Shown here: positions 17,606 through 27,396 of the stretch, piece by piece
Layout: each line of letters starts with the position of its first letter
How positions within the stretch are numbered: the stretch's first letter is position 1
IMG/VR virus record: IMGVR_UViG_3300012979_000034
Location: 18,405 to 82,404 of that record
Source of the DNA: a virus
Lineage: Duplodnaviria > Caudoviricetes
DNA: 64,000 nucleotides
Strand: one strand, 5' to 3'
Notes under the pieces: model-generated
Told to the model about the DNA's origin: nothing
The model's input: only the letters and a program-made list of their open reading frames with translations
Databases searched by the model: none
Position numbers and translations under genes: made by a program

Positions 17606-19050
17606 AGCTTTTCTAATTGAATAACTTTAAGTTTTTCTTTTTGATAATAGATTCTCCTATGATTCCCGTGTCTTTGTAAATATGGACCTTGGTATTGAAT
17701 ATCATCAAGGTATACCCTATTTTTAGAAGCATGTGTTCTAACTAATCGGCCTAAAAATTGTATTGACTTTTCCTGGCTATCCATACTAGCTGCATTAATC
17801 ATATACCTCAATAATGGGAAGTTCTTACCTCTAGCTACTATGGTAGTAGATATCAATAAATCTACCTTACCTTCCCTGAAGTCAGAGATTATCCTTTTTC
17901 GTTCCTTATCTTTAGTATTAACATGTACCCTAGCAATGGTTAATTTATATTTTGCTAGTTTCTCGTTCAAATAAGAATAAAGATTTTCACAATGATTTAT
18001 ATATTTGCATACTACGAGAGCAGGAATCCTGCCATATTTTAAATTATATTCTAATCTATCAGATACAATTTTCATAGAAGTTTTATTATTTGTAATCGTA
18101 TCATCATAGATATCCTTATAATCAACCTTATCTGATTCCCAATTACCTAGCCACCTTTTACTTGGTACCATTTTAACAATAACCTTAGTTGAATAACCCA
18201 TTTTGATAGATTCTGCTAATCTGAATTCTGCTATAGTAGATCCAAAGAAAGCTTCCAAATTTAAGTTCTTAAGTCTATCTCTAATCAACTTACTCATATA
18301 AATGGTTCCAGACAAACCTATACGAACCCTAGTATTATATAAATGAGTTAACACCTGTTGATAAGACTTATTACCTGCTAAATCTGCCTCATCTACTAAT
18401 ACCATGTCTATACTGGTTAATTCTTTTTGATACTGCCTTATATTCCGGGATATGGATTGAACCATACCTATTGAGAAGTTAGACCAATTTTTAACATTAC
18501 CACCTTGTACAAAGGTTATATCCTCATTAGGTAGATACTGTTTAAACTCCTCTCTAGATTGATTTAACCAATCTGAGTCATTTGTTATCAATAAAGTTTT
18601 AAGTTTTTTCTTGAAAGAGTAATATAAAGCTGACATTATCAATGACTTACCAGCATTAACAGTATAGTTAATAACCCCTATGTGAAAATTAGCATTACCA
18701 ACCTTATTAAATAATACTGAAGATACTGCTTTTATTTGTTCTGGTCTTAATTTGTAATTACCTATACTCTTTATCTGAGTATTAACCTCTGGTACTGGTT
18801 TACGAAAATCTTCTATAAAAACATCTAAACCATATTCTTTACACTTATTGTATATTTTTGGTAGTAGCCCTATTCTAAATACACCAGACTTATTTATGAA
18901 ATGAATCATACCATCCCAATTAGGTATTCTCTTTTTTAAATAAAAGGACTGGGGATGCCTTACACTAAATTCATTATATAACTTGTTAGCATACTTAGCT
19001 GGTATGTTTAATTCACACTGATTACAGTTTTGTATTATAATACTTGCCAT
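17557..19050 (-). CDS. SF2 DEAD-like helicase (UvsW-like)
   Basis: TVNAGKS, LVDEAD, GLSGT, STTIVARGKN and QFLGRLVR motifs. Confidence 0.85.
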   Translation of the reverse strand: MASIIIQNCNQCELNIPAKYANKLYNEFSVRHPQSFYLKKRIPNWDGMIHFINKSGVFRIGLLPKIYNKCKEYGLDVFIEDFRKPVPEVNTQIKSIGNYKLRPEQIKAVSSVLFNKVGNANFHIGVINYTVNAGKSLIMSALYYSFKKKLKTLLITNDSDWLNQSREEFKQYLPNEDITFVQGGNVKNWSNFSIGMVQSISRNIRQYQKELTSIDMVLVDEADLAGNKSYQQVLTHLYNTRVRIGLSGTIYMSKLIRDRLKNLNLEAFFGSTIAEFRLAESIKMGYSTKVIVKMVPSKRWLGNWESDKVDYKDIYDDTITNNKTSMKIVSDRLEYNLKYGRIPALVVCKYINHCENLYSYLNEKLAKYKLTIARVHVNTKDKERKRIISDFREGKVDLLISTTIVARGKNFPLLRYMINAASMDSQEKSIQFLGRLVRTHASKNRVYLDDIQYQGPYLQRHGNHRRIYYQKEKLKVIQLEKLWKRRTNTRLLQSRKG

Positions 19051-19054
19051 AGCT

Positions 19055-19876
19055 TTACTTTATTTGATCCCATATACTTCCCTCTATCTCTTTAGGTTTA
19101 TTATAGGTATTCCTATTCTTATACAAACTCTTATTAAAGTGTTCTATAGATTTATCAGACATAAGATTCTGTAAAGATGGGATACCATTACAATAACTCA
19201 AAGCATCAAACTGAGCGTCTATATAAGTTATACTATCCCAATGTCTTTCATCTAAAAATTCTGCCAATCTATAAAACCATACATACTCTAAAGGGTTCTC
19301 CTCATAAGTTTGATATATTCCTGTTTCTGAAGCTATCCTTTTAATAAAATAATCATGTAACCTTTTAGCTTCATCCTTAAATTGATGTAAATCCTTTATT
19401 TCTGTTACTGCAGCTTCTTCCTCAGTTATAGCATCAGCCATACTTACTAACCTTTGTAACCAATTCCTATAACCTTTACCAATTCTCTTAAACCCTATAG
19501 ATAAATATTCTATAAAACCTTCACGGGTATCTAATTCAAAGTCACTACAAAAGGTATTACAGATATCTGCTAGCTTTTTGCATAAAGCCCATTCCCTAGT
19601 ATTTGATTGGGTTATTTTCCTAATACCCCTATGATTTAATTTCATACGTATTGCATATATTAAATCGGCTATTAATTGGGCATCTCCTATGCTTGCTAGT
19701 AAAGTATTTTGTATTTTCTTAGTATCTTTTTTATGTTGTATAAGAACAGCTCTACTAGAAATAGATTTTTTCCTAGCTACCATAAAAAAATTATCTATTG
19801 GGAAATTTGTTATAGCTAAATAATCCAAAATTTCCTTAAAGTCTTTCCTTGTAATATGTATACCTGGATCCCTCAT
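19055..19876 (-). CDS. Hypothetical replication-associated protein
   Basis: 273-aa ORF between primase and SF2 helicase; no motif recognised. Confidence 0.55.
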   Translation of the reverse strand: MRDPGIHITRKDFKEILDYLAITNFPIDNFFMVARKKSISSRAVLIQHKKDTKKIQNTLLASIGDAQLIADLIYAIRMKLNHRGIRKITQSNTREWALCKKLADICNTFCSDFELDTREGFIEYLSIGFKRIGKGYRNWLQRLVSMADAITEEEAAVTEIKDLHQFKDEAKRLHDYFIKRIASETGIYQTYEENPLEYVWFYRLAEFLDERHWDSITYIDAQFDALSYCNGIPSLQNLMSDKSIEHFNKSLYKNRNTYNKPKEIEGSIWDQIK

Positions 19877-20823
19877 AACTCATTTTTTAATTTTATTAAA
19901 TCTTGATAACTTTGATATCTAGTATTATAAACTAACCTCATAGTAGTAGTTCTACCTAGATCATTAACATCTTTACCTTCTGGTAAAAATACTACCTTTA
20001 CTTTTTTATAATTTACTAACTCTAAAGCTAATTTTAAAGCTTGTAATCTGGCATCGGGGTCAAGTAGTATGATGAAGTGGGATGCGGGTGATTTGATAAA
20101 AGTGTTGAGTTGGTATCTGGAGATTGATTTACCCATGGTGGCAATTCCATGTGAACCAATGGTGAGTGCATTAAATGCTCCTTCGCATACGTATACGGTT
20201 TTGAAGATATTAAGGGCATCTTCATTAAATATGATAAACTCTTTTCCAAGGCCCGTAATATCTTTATTCGGGTTATTATACCTTGGCCCGTTTCCAATAA
20301 CTTTTCTAGCATTATAGTACCTGAGCTGTCCTCCAGAATAGAATGGTATAATGACGTATCCAAACAAATTCCCTTTATTGCAGTAACCAATTCCTTGCCT
20401 AGACAAGTCCTCAATGGAAAAATGTCTATTGCGTAAATATCCCCTAATCGATTTTACGAGTGTACTTTTACCGAAGCTAAGAAGAGTAAATCCTTCTGGT
20501 AAATAGAAAGGTTTCTTTTCAACAAGTTCAACCTTTTCTTCCCGAAAAGTAAGTTCATTAAAATCTCCATTGTTTAAGAATCTTATTAGTTCTGAGTATG
20601 TTTCAAAATGTTCAACATCCATTATTAATTGAGAAGGATTTGGATGTTCTCCACATCTAAAGCAATTACATCTATATAAGGATAAGTTTACACCCATTTT
20701 ATTCTCCCTATGACAGTAGGGACATATGGGTATTCTCATCCATCCATGTTTATAATCAAAAGCATTTAACCTTTTAACTAAATAGGTTTTTAACTGGCTT
20801 TTAAATTGTTTAGTAATTTTCAT
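19873..20823 (-). CDS. dnaG: DNA primase (Zn finger + TOPRIM)
   Basis: CPYC...CFRC finger; VCEGAFNAL, LLDPDA and KDVNDLG. Likely start is ATG 20823; the track uses TTG 20829. Confidence 0.85.
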   Translation of the reverse strand: MKITKQFKSQLKTYLVKRLNAFDYKHGWMRIPICPYCHRENKMGVNLSLYRCNCFRCGEHPNPSQLIMDVEHFETYSELIRFLNNGDFNELTFREEKVELVEKKPFYLPEGFTLLSFGKSTLVKSIRGYLRNRHFSIEDLSRQGIGYCNKGNLFGYVIIPFYSGGQLRYYNARKVIGNGPRYNNPNKDITGLGKEFIIFNEDALNIFKTVYVCEGAFNALTIGSHGIATMGKSISRYQLNTFIKSPASHFIILLDPDARLQALKLALELVNYKKVKVVFLPEGKDVNDLGRTTTMRLVYNTRYQSYQDLIKLKNEL

Positions 20824-20921
20824 ATCCAACTATCATCATTACCATCGTATGGAGTATCATTAGTAGCTATTAAATATCCACCGATTATCATTATCAATAA
20901 AACTATAAACTTTAAAATCAT
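20820..20921 (-). CDS. 33-aa single-TM microprotein, not in the ORF track
   Basis: MILKFIVLLIMIIGGYLIATNDTPYDGNDDSWI*; ATGA overlaps with the dnaB stop and the primase start. Confidence 0.55.
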   Translation of the reverse strand: MILKFIVLLIMIIGGYLIATNDTPYDGNDDSWI

Positions 20922-22363
20922 ATATCTCCAGTTTTAAGTTTATTATACTTATCTGAATCTGCATCTGGGTTTACATTCTTCTTTGTAGTAGATTTATTAA
21001 AGGCTTCATCTAATTTAGACCCATATACTTCATCATACTTTTTCCTCTGGTCTTTAGTAAATTCTATAGCCCTTTGCCTATCTACATCTACATGGAATAG
21101 AGCCCTACCTGTTGGTTTACCATCCCTTTGAACTACTACCTCTAATCTTTGTATATCATCTTTATCCTCTTGAGGTGTAGCATTTAATCCAAGAATACAT
21201 TGGGCATTTCTAATTATTGATATAGCACCAGATATATCATTTTCTTCATATCTAGTTTCTCTATGTTTAGCACCTTCTCTAGTTATATGATGAGCAGTCC
21301 ATATACAATCTAGACCCATTTCTTCTGCAAGGTTTTGCATATCTACATACACATTACTTATGCGTTCAAAATCGTCTTTATCATTATTAATTGAAGCTAG
21401 TTTAGCAGCATAATCCACCATTAATACAGATATGTTTATACCCTGGGCTTTAAGCTTTAATATTAAATCCCTTATATATGTACAATCAGTAATCATAGCA
21501 GGAACTCTTTCAACAACCAATTCAACACCAAATCTAGAGAGTTTTCTCATATGTTGTATCTCTAGCTTATCATAATCTCCAGTGTATAGCTCCTTCTTAG
21601 TCTTATTAATAGAAGATTGAATAAACCTGTCCATTATCTGGCCTTTACCATTTTCTGTATCTATATATAAAACAGATTTTTTCATTCTTAAATAACCTCT
21701 AGCTATATTTACTAAGAAAAAGGTTTTTCTAGCTTTTGGTTTATCTAATAACACTATAACTGAACCTCTTGAATAACCACCAGCATTGGTTAAATCATTT
21801 AATTGTCTAAATGGACTTGGTACTACATCGGGATCAGCTTGTCTTTTAAACTGTCTATTTACTACATCCTTAATTAAATACAAAGGCTCATCTTCTTGTT
21901 TAGGTTTAGACCGTTGAAGTATACTTTCTATCTTTTTGCTATACTCTTCATACTGTTCAAAATTACCTAAATCAAAGGAATCATTCAAGTTTTTCATCTC
22001 TACATATGTAGAAAACTGATATACCTTTTCTTGTATGAAATCATGATCCTGCAGGGGTTCTGAATATAGATTATTTACTATGCTATAGATATTAGGTATA
22101 TCATCTACTGTAACCAGGTCTACATAGTTTTTACTTTCTAACAAGTCTTTTATAACCTCTTTTAAAACATTTTTAGAAGGTATTTTCTTGTTCTTCTTAT
22201 AGAACTTAGATAAACCTTCTGCAATAACGGAATGTTCAATCAAAACCAAGTAACTTGGTTTTATCCTTTTTAAAGCTAATCCACCCTCTTTATCTTGGAC
22301 TATATACCTTAAAATCTCCAATTGAAATTCCGGGCTAAAGCTAAACTTTATTTTATCTTTCAT
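20918..22363 (-). CDS. dnaB: DnaB-like replicative helicase
   Basis: RKT Walker A variant, YIDTENG, VDYAAKL, WTAHH and NDISGAISI motifs. Likely start is ATG 22363 (MKDKIKF); the track start of 22498 overlaps promoters. Confidence 0.8.
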   Translation of the reverse strand: MKDKIKFSFSPEFQLEILRYIVQDKEGGLALKRIKPSYLVLIEHSVIAEGLSKFYKKNKKIPSKNVLKEVIKDLLESKNYVDLVTVDDIPNIYSIVNNLYSEPLQDHDFIQEKVYQFSTYVEMKNLNDSFDLGNFEQYEEYSKKIESILQRSKPKQEDEPLYLIKDVVNRQFKRQADPDVVPSPFRQLNDLTNAGGYSRGSVIVLLDKPKARKTFFLVNIARGYLRMKKSVLYIDTENGKGQIMDRFIQSSINKTKKELYTGDYDKLEIQHMRKLSRFGVELVVERVPAMITDCTYIRDLILKLKAQGINISVLMVDYAAKLASINNDKDDFERISNVYVDMQNLAEEMGLDCIWTAHHITREGAKHRETRYEENDISGAISIIRNAQCILGLNATPQEDKDDIQRLEVVVQRDGKPTGRALFHVDVDRQRAIEFTKDQRKKYDEVYGSKLDEAFNKSTTKKNVNPDADSDKYNKLKTGDI

Positions 22364-22483
22364 TATATTACTAGTAATTAAAACGTTCATTATGATATAG
22401 TTTACAGTAGAAAAGAGTAGTACTATCCAGTACTGACCATACTCAAGTTTACTATAATCTTCTACCTTCTGGTCAAATTTTTG

Positions 22484-22491
22484 CAAATTTA
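22484..22491 (-). promoter_or_regulatory. Bacteroidota-type -7 element facing the replication operon
   Basis: TAAATTTG(CA) on the minus strand; no clear -33 TTTG. Confidence 0.45.
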
Positions 22492-22523
22492 TTTGCATTT
22501 ATTAAATAAAAGTATTATATTTG
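22492..22523 (+). promoter_or_regulatory. Bacteroidota housekeeping promoter for the sigma-like gene
   Basis: TTTG (22492-22495), 20-nt spacer, TATATTTG (22516-22523); ATG at 22551. Confidence 0.75.
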
Positions 22524-22550
22524 CACATATTAATATTAATAAATAACCGC

Positions 22551-23294
22551 ATGAAACAGAACTCTAACGGATATCAAGGATCCGAATTACATCGACTAAC
22601 ACCTATGCAAGAGGGTTACGATGTAGAACTATTTAATAGGCTTTATAAAATATGTAGGCCAGTTATTCGTAATCTATCTAAACAGATAGATTGTAAAAGG
22701 TTTAACCTTACTACTGATATAATTGCTTCATATTTTTGGGATAAGATGTTATTTGTATTCAATAAATATTATGGTACGTGTACTGAAGAACATCTAAAAG
22801 CTAGAATATTATCAGCCCTATCTACTTATAAGAATAAACTCCTGAGATCTGCTTACGGAGATATGGCAGATTATAACCAGAGTCTATCAAAGTTAGAAGA
22901 TTTATTTGATGATTCTAAGGAAGATACTTCTGAATTTGAAAGAGAGGAAGAGGATGAAACTAATAAAAATAAGCAGTTGATGTTAGATGAAATAAAGATG
23001 TATATGAAAAGGAATCTTTCAGAAGATGCTTATTTGATTTGGGAATGCATGTTTAATCCACCACAGTATATAAGAGAAAGAATGACTAGTAAAGATGGCA
23101 GGGTTACAGCTTTACTATTAATAGAGTTTTTCGATTTACCAAAGACTAAGAAATCATGCAGGTTTATAAAAGAATGTAAGGATGATATTACTTATTATAT
23201 GCAAAAAGCTGCTGAAGAATTACCTATTATACATAAGCTTCAGGCTAATCTAGAAAACTTACAATTATCTATAGCAGGTATCATGGGTAAATAA
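22551..23294 (+). CDS. Sigma-70/ECF-like RNA polymerase sigma factor
   Basis: Region-2-like FNRLYKICRPVI...TDIIASYFWDK...KNKLLR and a region-4-like C-terminal helical segment; own host-type promoter. Likely start is ATG 22551. Confidence 0.55.
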   Translation: MKQNSNGYQGSELHRLTPMQEGYDVELFNRLYKICRPVIRNLSKQIDCKRFNLTTDIIASYFWDKMLFVFNKYYGTCTEEHLKARILSALSTYKNKLLRSAYGDMADYNQSLSKLEDLFDDSKEDTSEFEREEEDETNKNKQLMLDEIKMYMKRNLSEDAYLIWECMFNPPQYIRERMTSKDGRVTALLLIEFFDLPKTKKSCRFIKECKDDITYYMQKAAEELPIIHKLQANLENLQLSIAGIMGK

Positions 23295-23317
23295 TCTATA
23301 TATCACTACACATAATA

Positions 23318-23347
23318 AAAGCCGGGACCTTCACAGGCACCGGCTTT
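23318..23347. terminator. Bidirectional terminator between convergent genes
   Basis: AAAGCCGG...CCGGCTTT stem with A/T flanks. Confidence 0.7.
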
Positions 23348-23399
23348 CTTAGTAATAAACATAAAATCTAAATCCTATTAATACCGCTATGGTAAAGAG

Positions 23400-24746
23400 C
23401 TATTCTGTTTTTATTATATATCTCAGAGTAATTGAAGGAGGTAACTTTTCTATTACTAAAGAATCTATGCTAGATTCATTATTTACAGCTCCAGATAATT
23501 GATTATAAGAAGTAGGAACAGCTCCTCCAACAATTCCCTGTGATGATGCAAAACCACCTACTGTACCGCCTACACTAGTATTTCTGTAATCATATGAAGT
23601 TGGTACTACACCATCCCTAGAGTTATCCTGACAAGTTCCTTTAGCTAAACCAACTGAATGTCTATGTCTTGGTAAGTTACTCTCACTAATAGTTACACTA
23701 TAAGTACCATCACTAGGAGAATACAAATCGCCTATATTAGTAAAGATATATTTATTATTTACCTGTATACCTCCTGCAGAATAACCAACTACTACTCTAC
23801 CAGCTGCCTTAGTATATTCAGCCCAACCCTCAGGAATTTCAGTACCTTCCCATAGTATGATTGAACCTATTGGTAATAAGGAATCAGCTATTTCTTTTTC
23901 TAGGGTCTTTTTAAGACTAGATATTTCATAATCTACATATTCCTTAACTGTAGTAGAATTATCAGTTACCAAACCAGCCATCATACTTTCTATATGACTA
24001 ATAGATTGTTTGATCATAGAATGGTTAGCCGTATTATAAGGTAACTCTACTGGGTATTTACCAAAATAAGGGACTATAGCAAAAGGTTCTGATACCCGGG
24101 TCATTGCATTAGTACCAGTTCCATATACACCAACCAATACCCAAGAAGTCTTTGAACTATTGTATGCAGAGCAGGCAGATTTTACTTGGTTCTCTAGATA
24201 ATTATAATTAAGGTCATTAGATTCATATACATCATTAGTGTTTATATCTAAAGTCCTTAACTCAGCTGAAGTTGGGTAATAAGGGTCTAAAGCTTTCTTA
24301 TACATAGTATAGAAATCAGTAGATGACTCATTCCAATAAGCTACAAAATCAACTGGGTTCTCTACTGGTTCTTCAACCTGAGTATGTACAGCAAATACAA
24401 AAACCTCATTATATGAGCCCTTAGTTCCCTGGATATTAGATATTACTATTGAGTTATCTGGAGAAGTAAAGATAGTACCATCTCTGGCAATACAACCAAA
24501 ATTTACATCAGGTTCTTCTGAATCTGTATTTATTTTGGATAGATATCGCCTAGCAATTAAATCTATAGCCTCCTTTGTATAGGATAAACCAGATGCAGGA
24601 TTTGGTGTTAAGGTTATAGATGTAGAAGTACTATTTATGGTACCACTACCAAAACCGCAAAAAGGTCCAACACCTATTGGTGAACTGATAGCTAAGGCTA
24701 AATCAGAGGACTTTATTAAAGCTTGATATTGAAAAAAGTTCTTCAT
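23400..24746 (-). CDS. Baseplate/tail fibre protein with tail-collar-like C-terminus
   Basis: LPIGSIILWEG..IPEGW, NLPRHRH and LPPSITLRYIIK; last gene of the baseplate operon. Confidence 0.65.
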   Translation of the reverse strand: MKNFFQYQALIKSSDLALAISSPIGVGPFCGFGSGTINSTSTSITLTPNPASGLSYTKEAIDLIARRYLSKINTDSEEPDVNFGCIARDGTIFTSPDNSIVISNIQGTKGSYNEVFVFAVHTQVEEPVENPVDFVAYWNESSTDFYTMYKKALDPYYPTSAELRTLDINTNDVYESNDLNYNYLENQVKSACSAYNSSKTSWVLVGVYGTGTNAMTRVSEPFAIVPYFGKYPVELPYNTANHSMIKQSISHIESMMAGLVTDNSTTVKEYVDYEISSLKKTLEKEIADSLLPIGSIILWEGTEIPEGWAEYTKAAGRVVVGYSAGGIQVNNKYIFTNIGDLYSPSDGTYSVTISESNLPRHRHSVGLAKGTCQDNSRDGVVPTSYDYRNTSVGGTVGGFASSQGIVGGAVPTSYNQLSGAVNNESSIDSLVIEKLPPSITLRYIIKTE

Positions 24747-24769
24747 ATATAATTTAATTTTATTGGCTA

Positions 24770-27394
24770 TTAGTTAGTATGAGATATTATTACTCTAAAT
24801 GTAGCAATAGTACCATCTGGTGCAGAGAATGTATATATTCCACTATTAGAAGTAGACCAGAAATATGGACTCTGTCTAGTTATACCATTTGGATCTGTAA
24901 ATGTAGTATGGGTATGTGTAGAATTATTCAAACAGGTTACCATTGTACTTGCTTCATCTATTGTAGATTCCTGATCAGTAGTATTATCTCCAACTACTAC
25001 ATTGAAAGTATTTGGAGAACATGAGATAGTATAACCAGAAGTAGAAGGCTCATCACCACCACTACCTCCACTATAAGATTGTACTATTATACTACACCTT
25101 AATGAACCATCCTCTGGTGAATAGAATTGATATATACCAGTAGTTAGATTCAATACTGTACCTACCTCATATGTAAATACATTAGATACATTTGCTATCC
25201 TATAGTATACTGTAACTGGACAACCAGATTGGGATGTATACATATTACCACCTATATATGGGTATATCTTTACTGAACAGTAATCTGTAGTACTTTGTAG
25301 TTCATAAGTAGCCCGACTAGTAACACTATCCAAATCTCTCCAGGTATCTCCAGAAGATGGTGTAGTGCCTGCAGTATATGGCTCTGGGTAAGTCCAACCT
25401 TGAGAAGCTGGGTTTACTGCAGATATAACCAATCTGTTAACTATATCAGTAGTACTTTCATATACTATAAAGGTAGTATACTTAGTATGATCAGCTACTG
25501 ATCTTAATGTATAAGTACCTGAAGCATTGAATACCCAATTATGGCCACTGTAACAATTATACACTTCTCCTGTTTCAACACATTCTACATTAAAGTTAGT
25601 ACCTATACCTCTTGTAGTAGAACAGGTTACCACAGTAGAAACACTAGTTATATCATCAGTAATCCTACCAGAAGCAGGAGATACAGTTACATTGTATACT
25701 ACATTAGTAGAATCCCTTACTATTAATTTAGCAGTATCTTTTGGGTATTTAGTATCTTGTATACAATAGAATGTATAAGTACCAGATACATACATAGTAA
25801 CTGTATCACCATCATGATAAGTCCTATTATTACCAGTACATAAGATCTCCAAACCATCATCTAAACTCGGGTAGTTTGAAGATATATGTATTGTTGTACT
25901 AGCAGACATTACTGAACCTGATTGTGATAATGTTATAGTACTGTTGTCAAATGTTATATTAAATACCCTTTCAGCTTGTGTAATCTCTATTTCGGTATAT
26001 CTAGCAGGGAATTCAGAAAATTCTACTCTCCAAATACCAGCTTGGTTAAAAGGTGTAGTACTAGTATAAGCTGAAGGTTTTAAAGTTGTAACTGTTCCAT
26101 CTGGAGCATATACCCTTAAACTTGGATAACTAGTAACAGCAGTTCCGTCAGTTGTAACTACTTTCTTTGCTTTAATAGTAGCAGTAATTGTATTATTATC
26201 ACTTAATACTGTAGCGTTAGTAGTTACAATTAATGTATATACCTTATTAATAACTGTTTCACCTATAGTAATTGTAGCTATTTTAGTAGGGTCTGCTACT
26301 GAACGGAATTTATAAGTTCCAGGTTTTGGTGTATAGTATATTTTATCATACCTAATATTACCATAACTAGAACCATTATCCATAGATACTTGATAACCTA
26401 GATCGGTATATAACCATCCGGAAGTAACGTTAACATTTAAAGCTACCCTATCTACTTCTCCTATAATAAACTTATGATTATTATCTGCATAACTAACCTG
26501 TATATCTACACCATCATCTAAACTTACTCCATTGTAAGTAAAGGAAGGTTTTACATAATATGGTAAGTATCTATAGAAAAAGTTTTCCATAGCTTTTCTA
26601 AACATACAGAAAGCTTGAGGAGGTTCATTACCACCTGCTATAGCTGTATTATAATCATCAGCTAATTCTAAAGCTTCTTGTACTGAAGTTATCTTGCCAT
26701 CGAATATAACGGATAAACTATCAGCAAAGTAATTACTATCTATATCCGTATAGTGTTCAATAGCTTCAAAATTAACGGTAATGGGTATACATCTATTACA
26801 GGTATAATACTTATCATAAGTTACCTTAGTATCATAATAATATATACTATCTGCAATAGGTATACCACTATCCCAACCATTAGCATTGTTTATACCATTA
26901 GTAGCAGAAGCATAGGGGTCACTTATAGTTATATCTATACCATATAATCTAAATACAGTTTTAAAAAATAACTCGGTACCCCTTATCTTACTAAGTGATA
27001 TAGAGTATTTTAACAGTTCCCTGATCCTTTTAGTATCAACTATTATAGGTCCACTTTTAGCAATTTCCCAAAGTGAAGCCTTAGCTAATTTTTCTAGGTT
27101 AGTATCAAAACCATTATAATACAAATCCCACTTACGCTTGTCTACGATATTATAATAAGCAAATGGGAGTTCTCCTAAAAACTCCCATAGATAATTCAAA
27201 TAAATTTCAGGTGTATTATCAATATCGAACAAGTCTAGTGTTTTTTCAACATCTTTAGTAATAATATCTTCAAAATATGTACCACATATTTCTAGAAAAC
27301 TTTCTAAGACGCCCTTACCCTCATTATTTTTATGAGTATCAGTATCTTTAAAATAAGTAGGTAAGAAATCTATTAGACTCTTTAACTTTCCCAT
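24770..27394 (-). CDS. Baseplate wedge protein (P2 gpI-like N-terminus) with tandem beta-rich repeats
   Basis: SKIRGTELFFKTVFRLYG motif; six recurring G-x-Y-x-F segments; follows the gpJ-like gene. Confidence 0.6.
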   Translation of the reverse strand: MGKLKSLIDFLPTYFKDTDTHKNNEGKGVLESFLEICGTYFEDIITKDVEKTLDLFDIDNTPEIYLNYLWEFLGELPFAYYNIVDKRKWDLYYNGFDTNLEKLAKASLWEIAKSGPIIVDTKRIRELLKYSISLSKIRGTELFFKTVFRLYGIDITISDPYASATNGINNANGWDSGIPIADSIYYYDTKVTYDKYYTCNRCIPITVNFEAIEHYTDIDSNYFADSLSVIFDGKITSVQEALELADDYNTAIAGGNEPPQAFCMFRKAMENFFYRYLPYYVKPSFTYNGVSLDDGVDIQVSYADNNHKFIIGEVDRVALNVNVTSGWLYTDLGYQVSMDNGSSYGNIRYDKIYYTPKPGTYKFRSVADPTKIATITIGETVINKVYTLIVTTNATVLSDNNTITATIKAKKVVTTDGTAVTSYPSLRVYAPDGTVTTLKPSAYTSTTPFNQAGIWRVEFSEFPARYTEIEITQAERVFNITFDNSTITLSQSGSVMSASTTIHISSNYPSLDDGLEILCTGNNRTYHDGDTVTMYVSGTYTFYCIQDTKYPKDTAKLIVRDSTNVVYNVTVSPASGRITDDITSVSTVVTCSTTRGIGTNFNVECVETGEVYNCYSGHNWVFNASGTYTLRSVADHTKYTTFIVYESTTDIVNRLVISAVNPASQGWTYPEPYTAGTTPSSGDTWRDLDSVTSRATYELQSTTDYCSVKIYPYIGGNMYTSQSGCPVTVYYRIANVSNVFTYEVGTVLNLTTGIYQFYSPEDGSLRCSIIVQSYSGGSGGDEPSTSGYTISCSPNTFNVVVGDNTTDQESTIDEASTMVTCLNNSTHTHTTFTDPNGITRQSPYFWSTSNSGIYTFSAPDGTIATFRVIISHTN

Positions 27395-27396
27395 AT

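Noticed and set aside
20069-20317. 82-aa antisense ORF in the primase patch
   Set aside because: Shares third codon positions with the primase, the usual frame for shadow ORFs.
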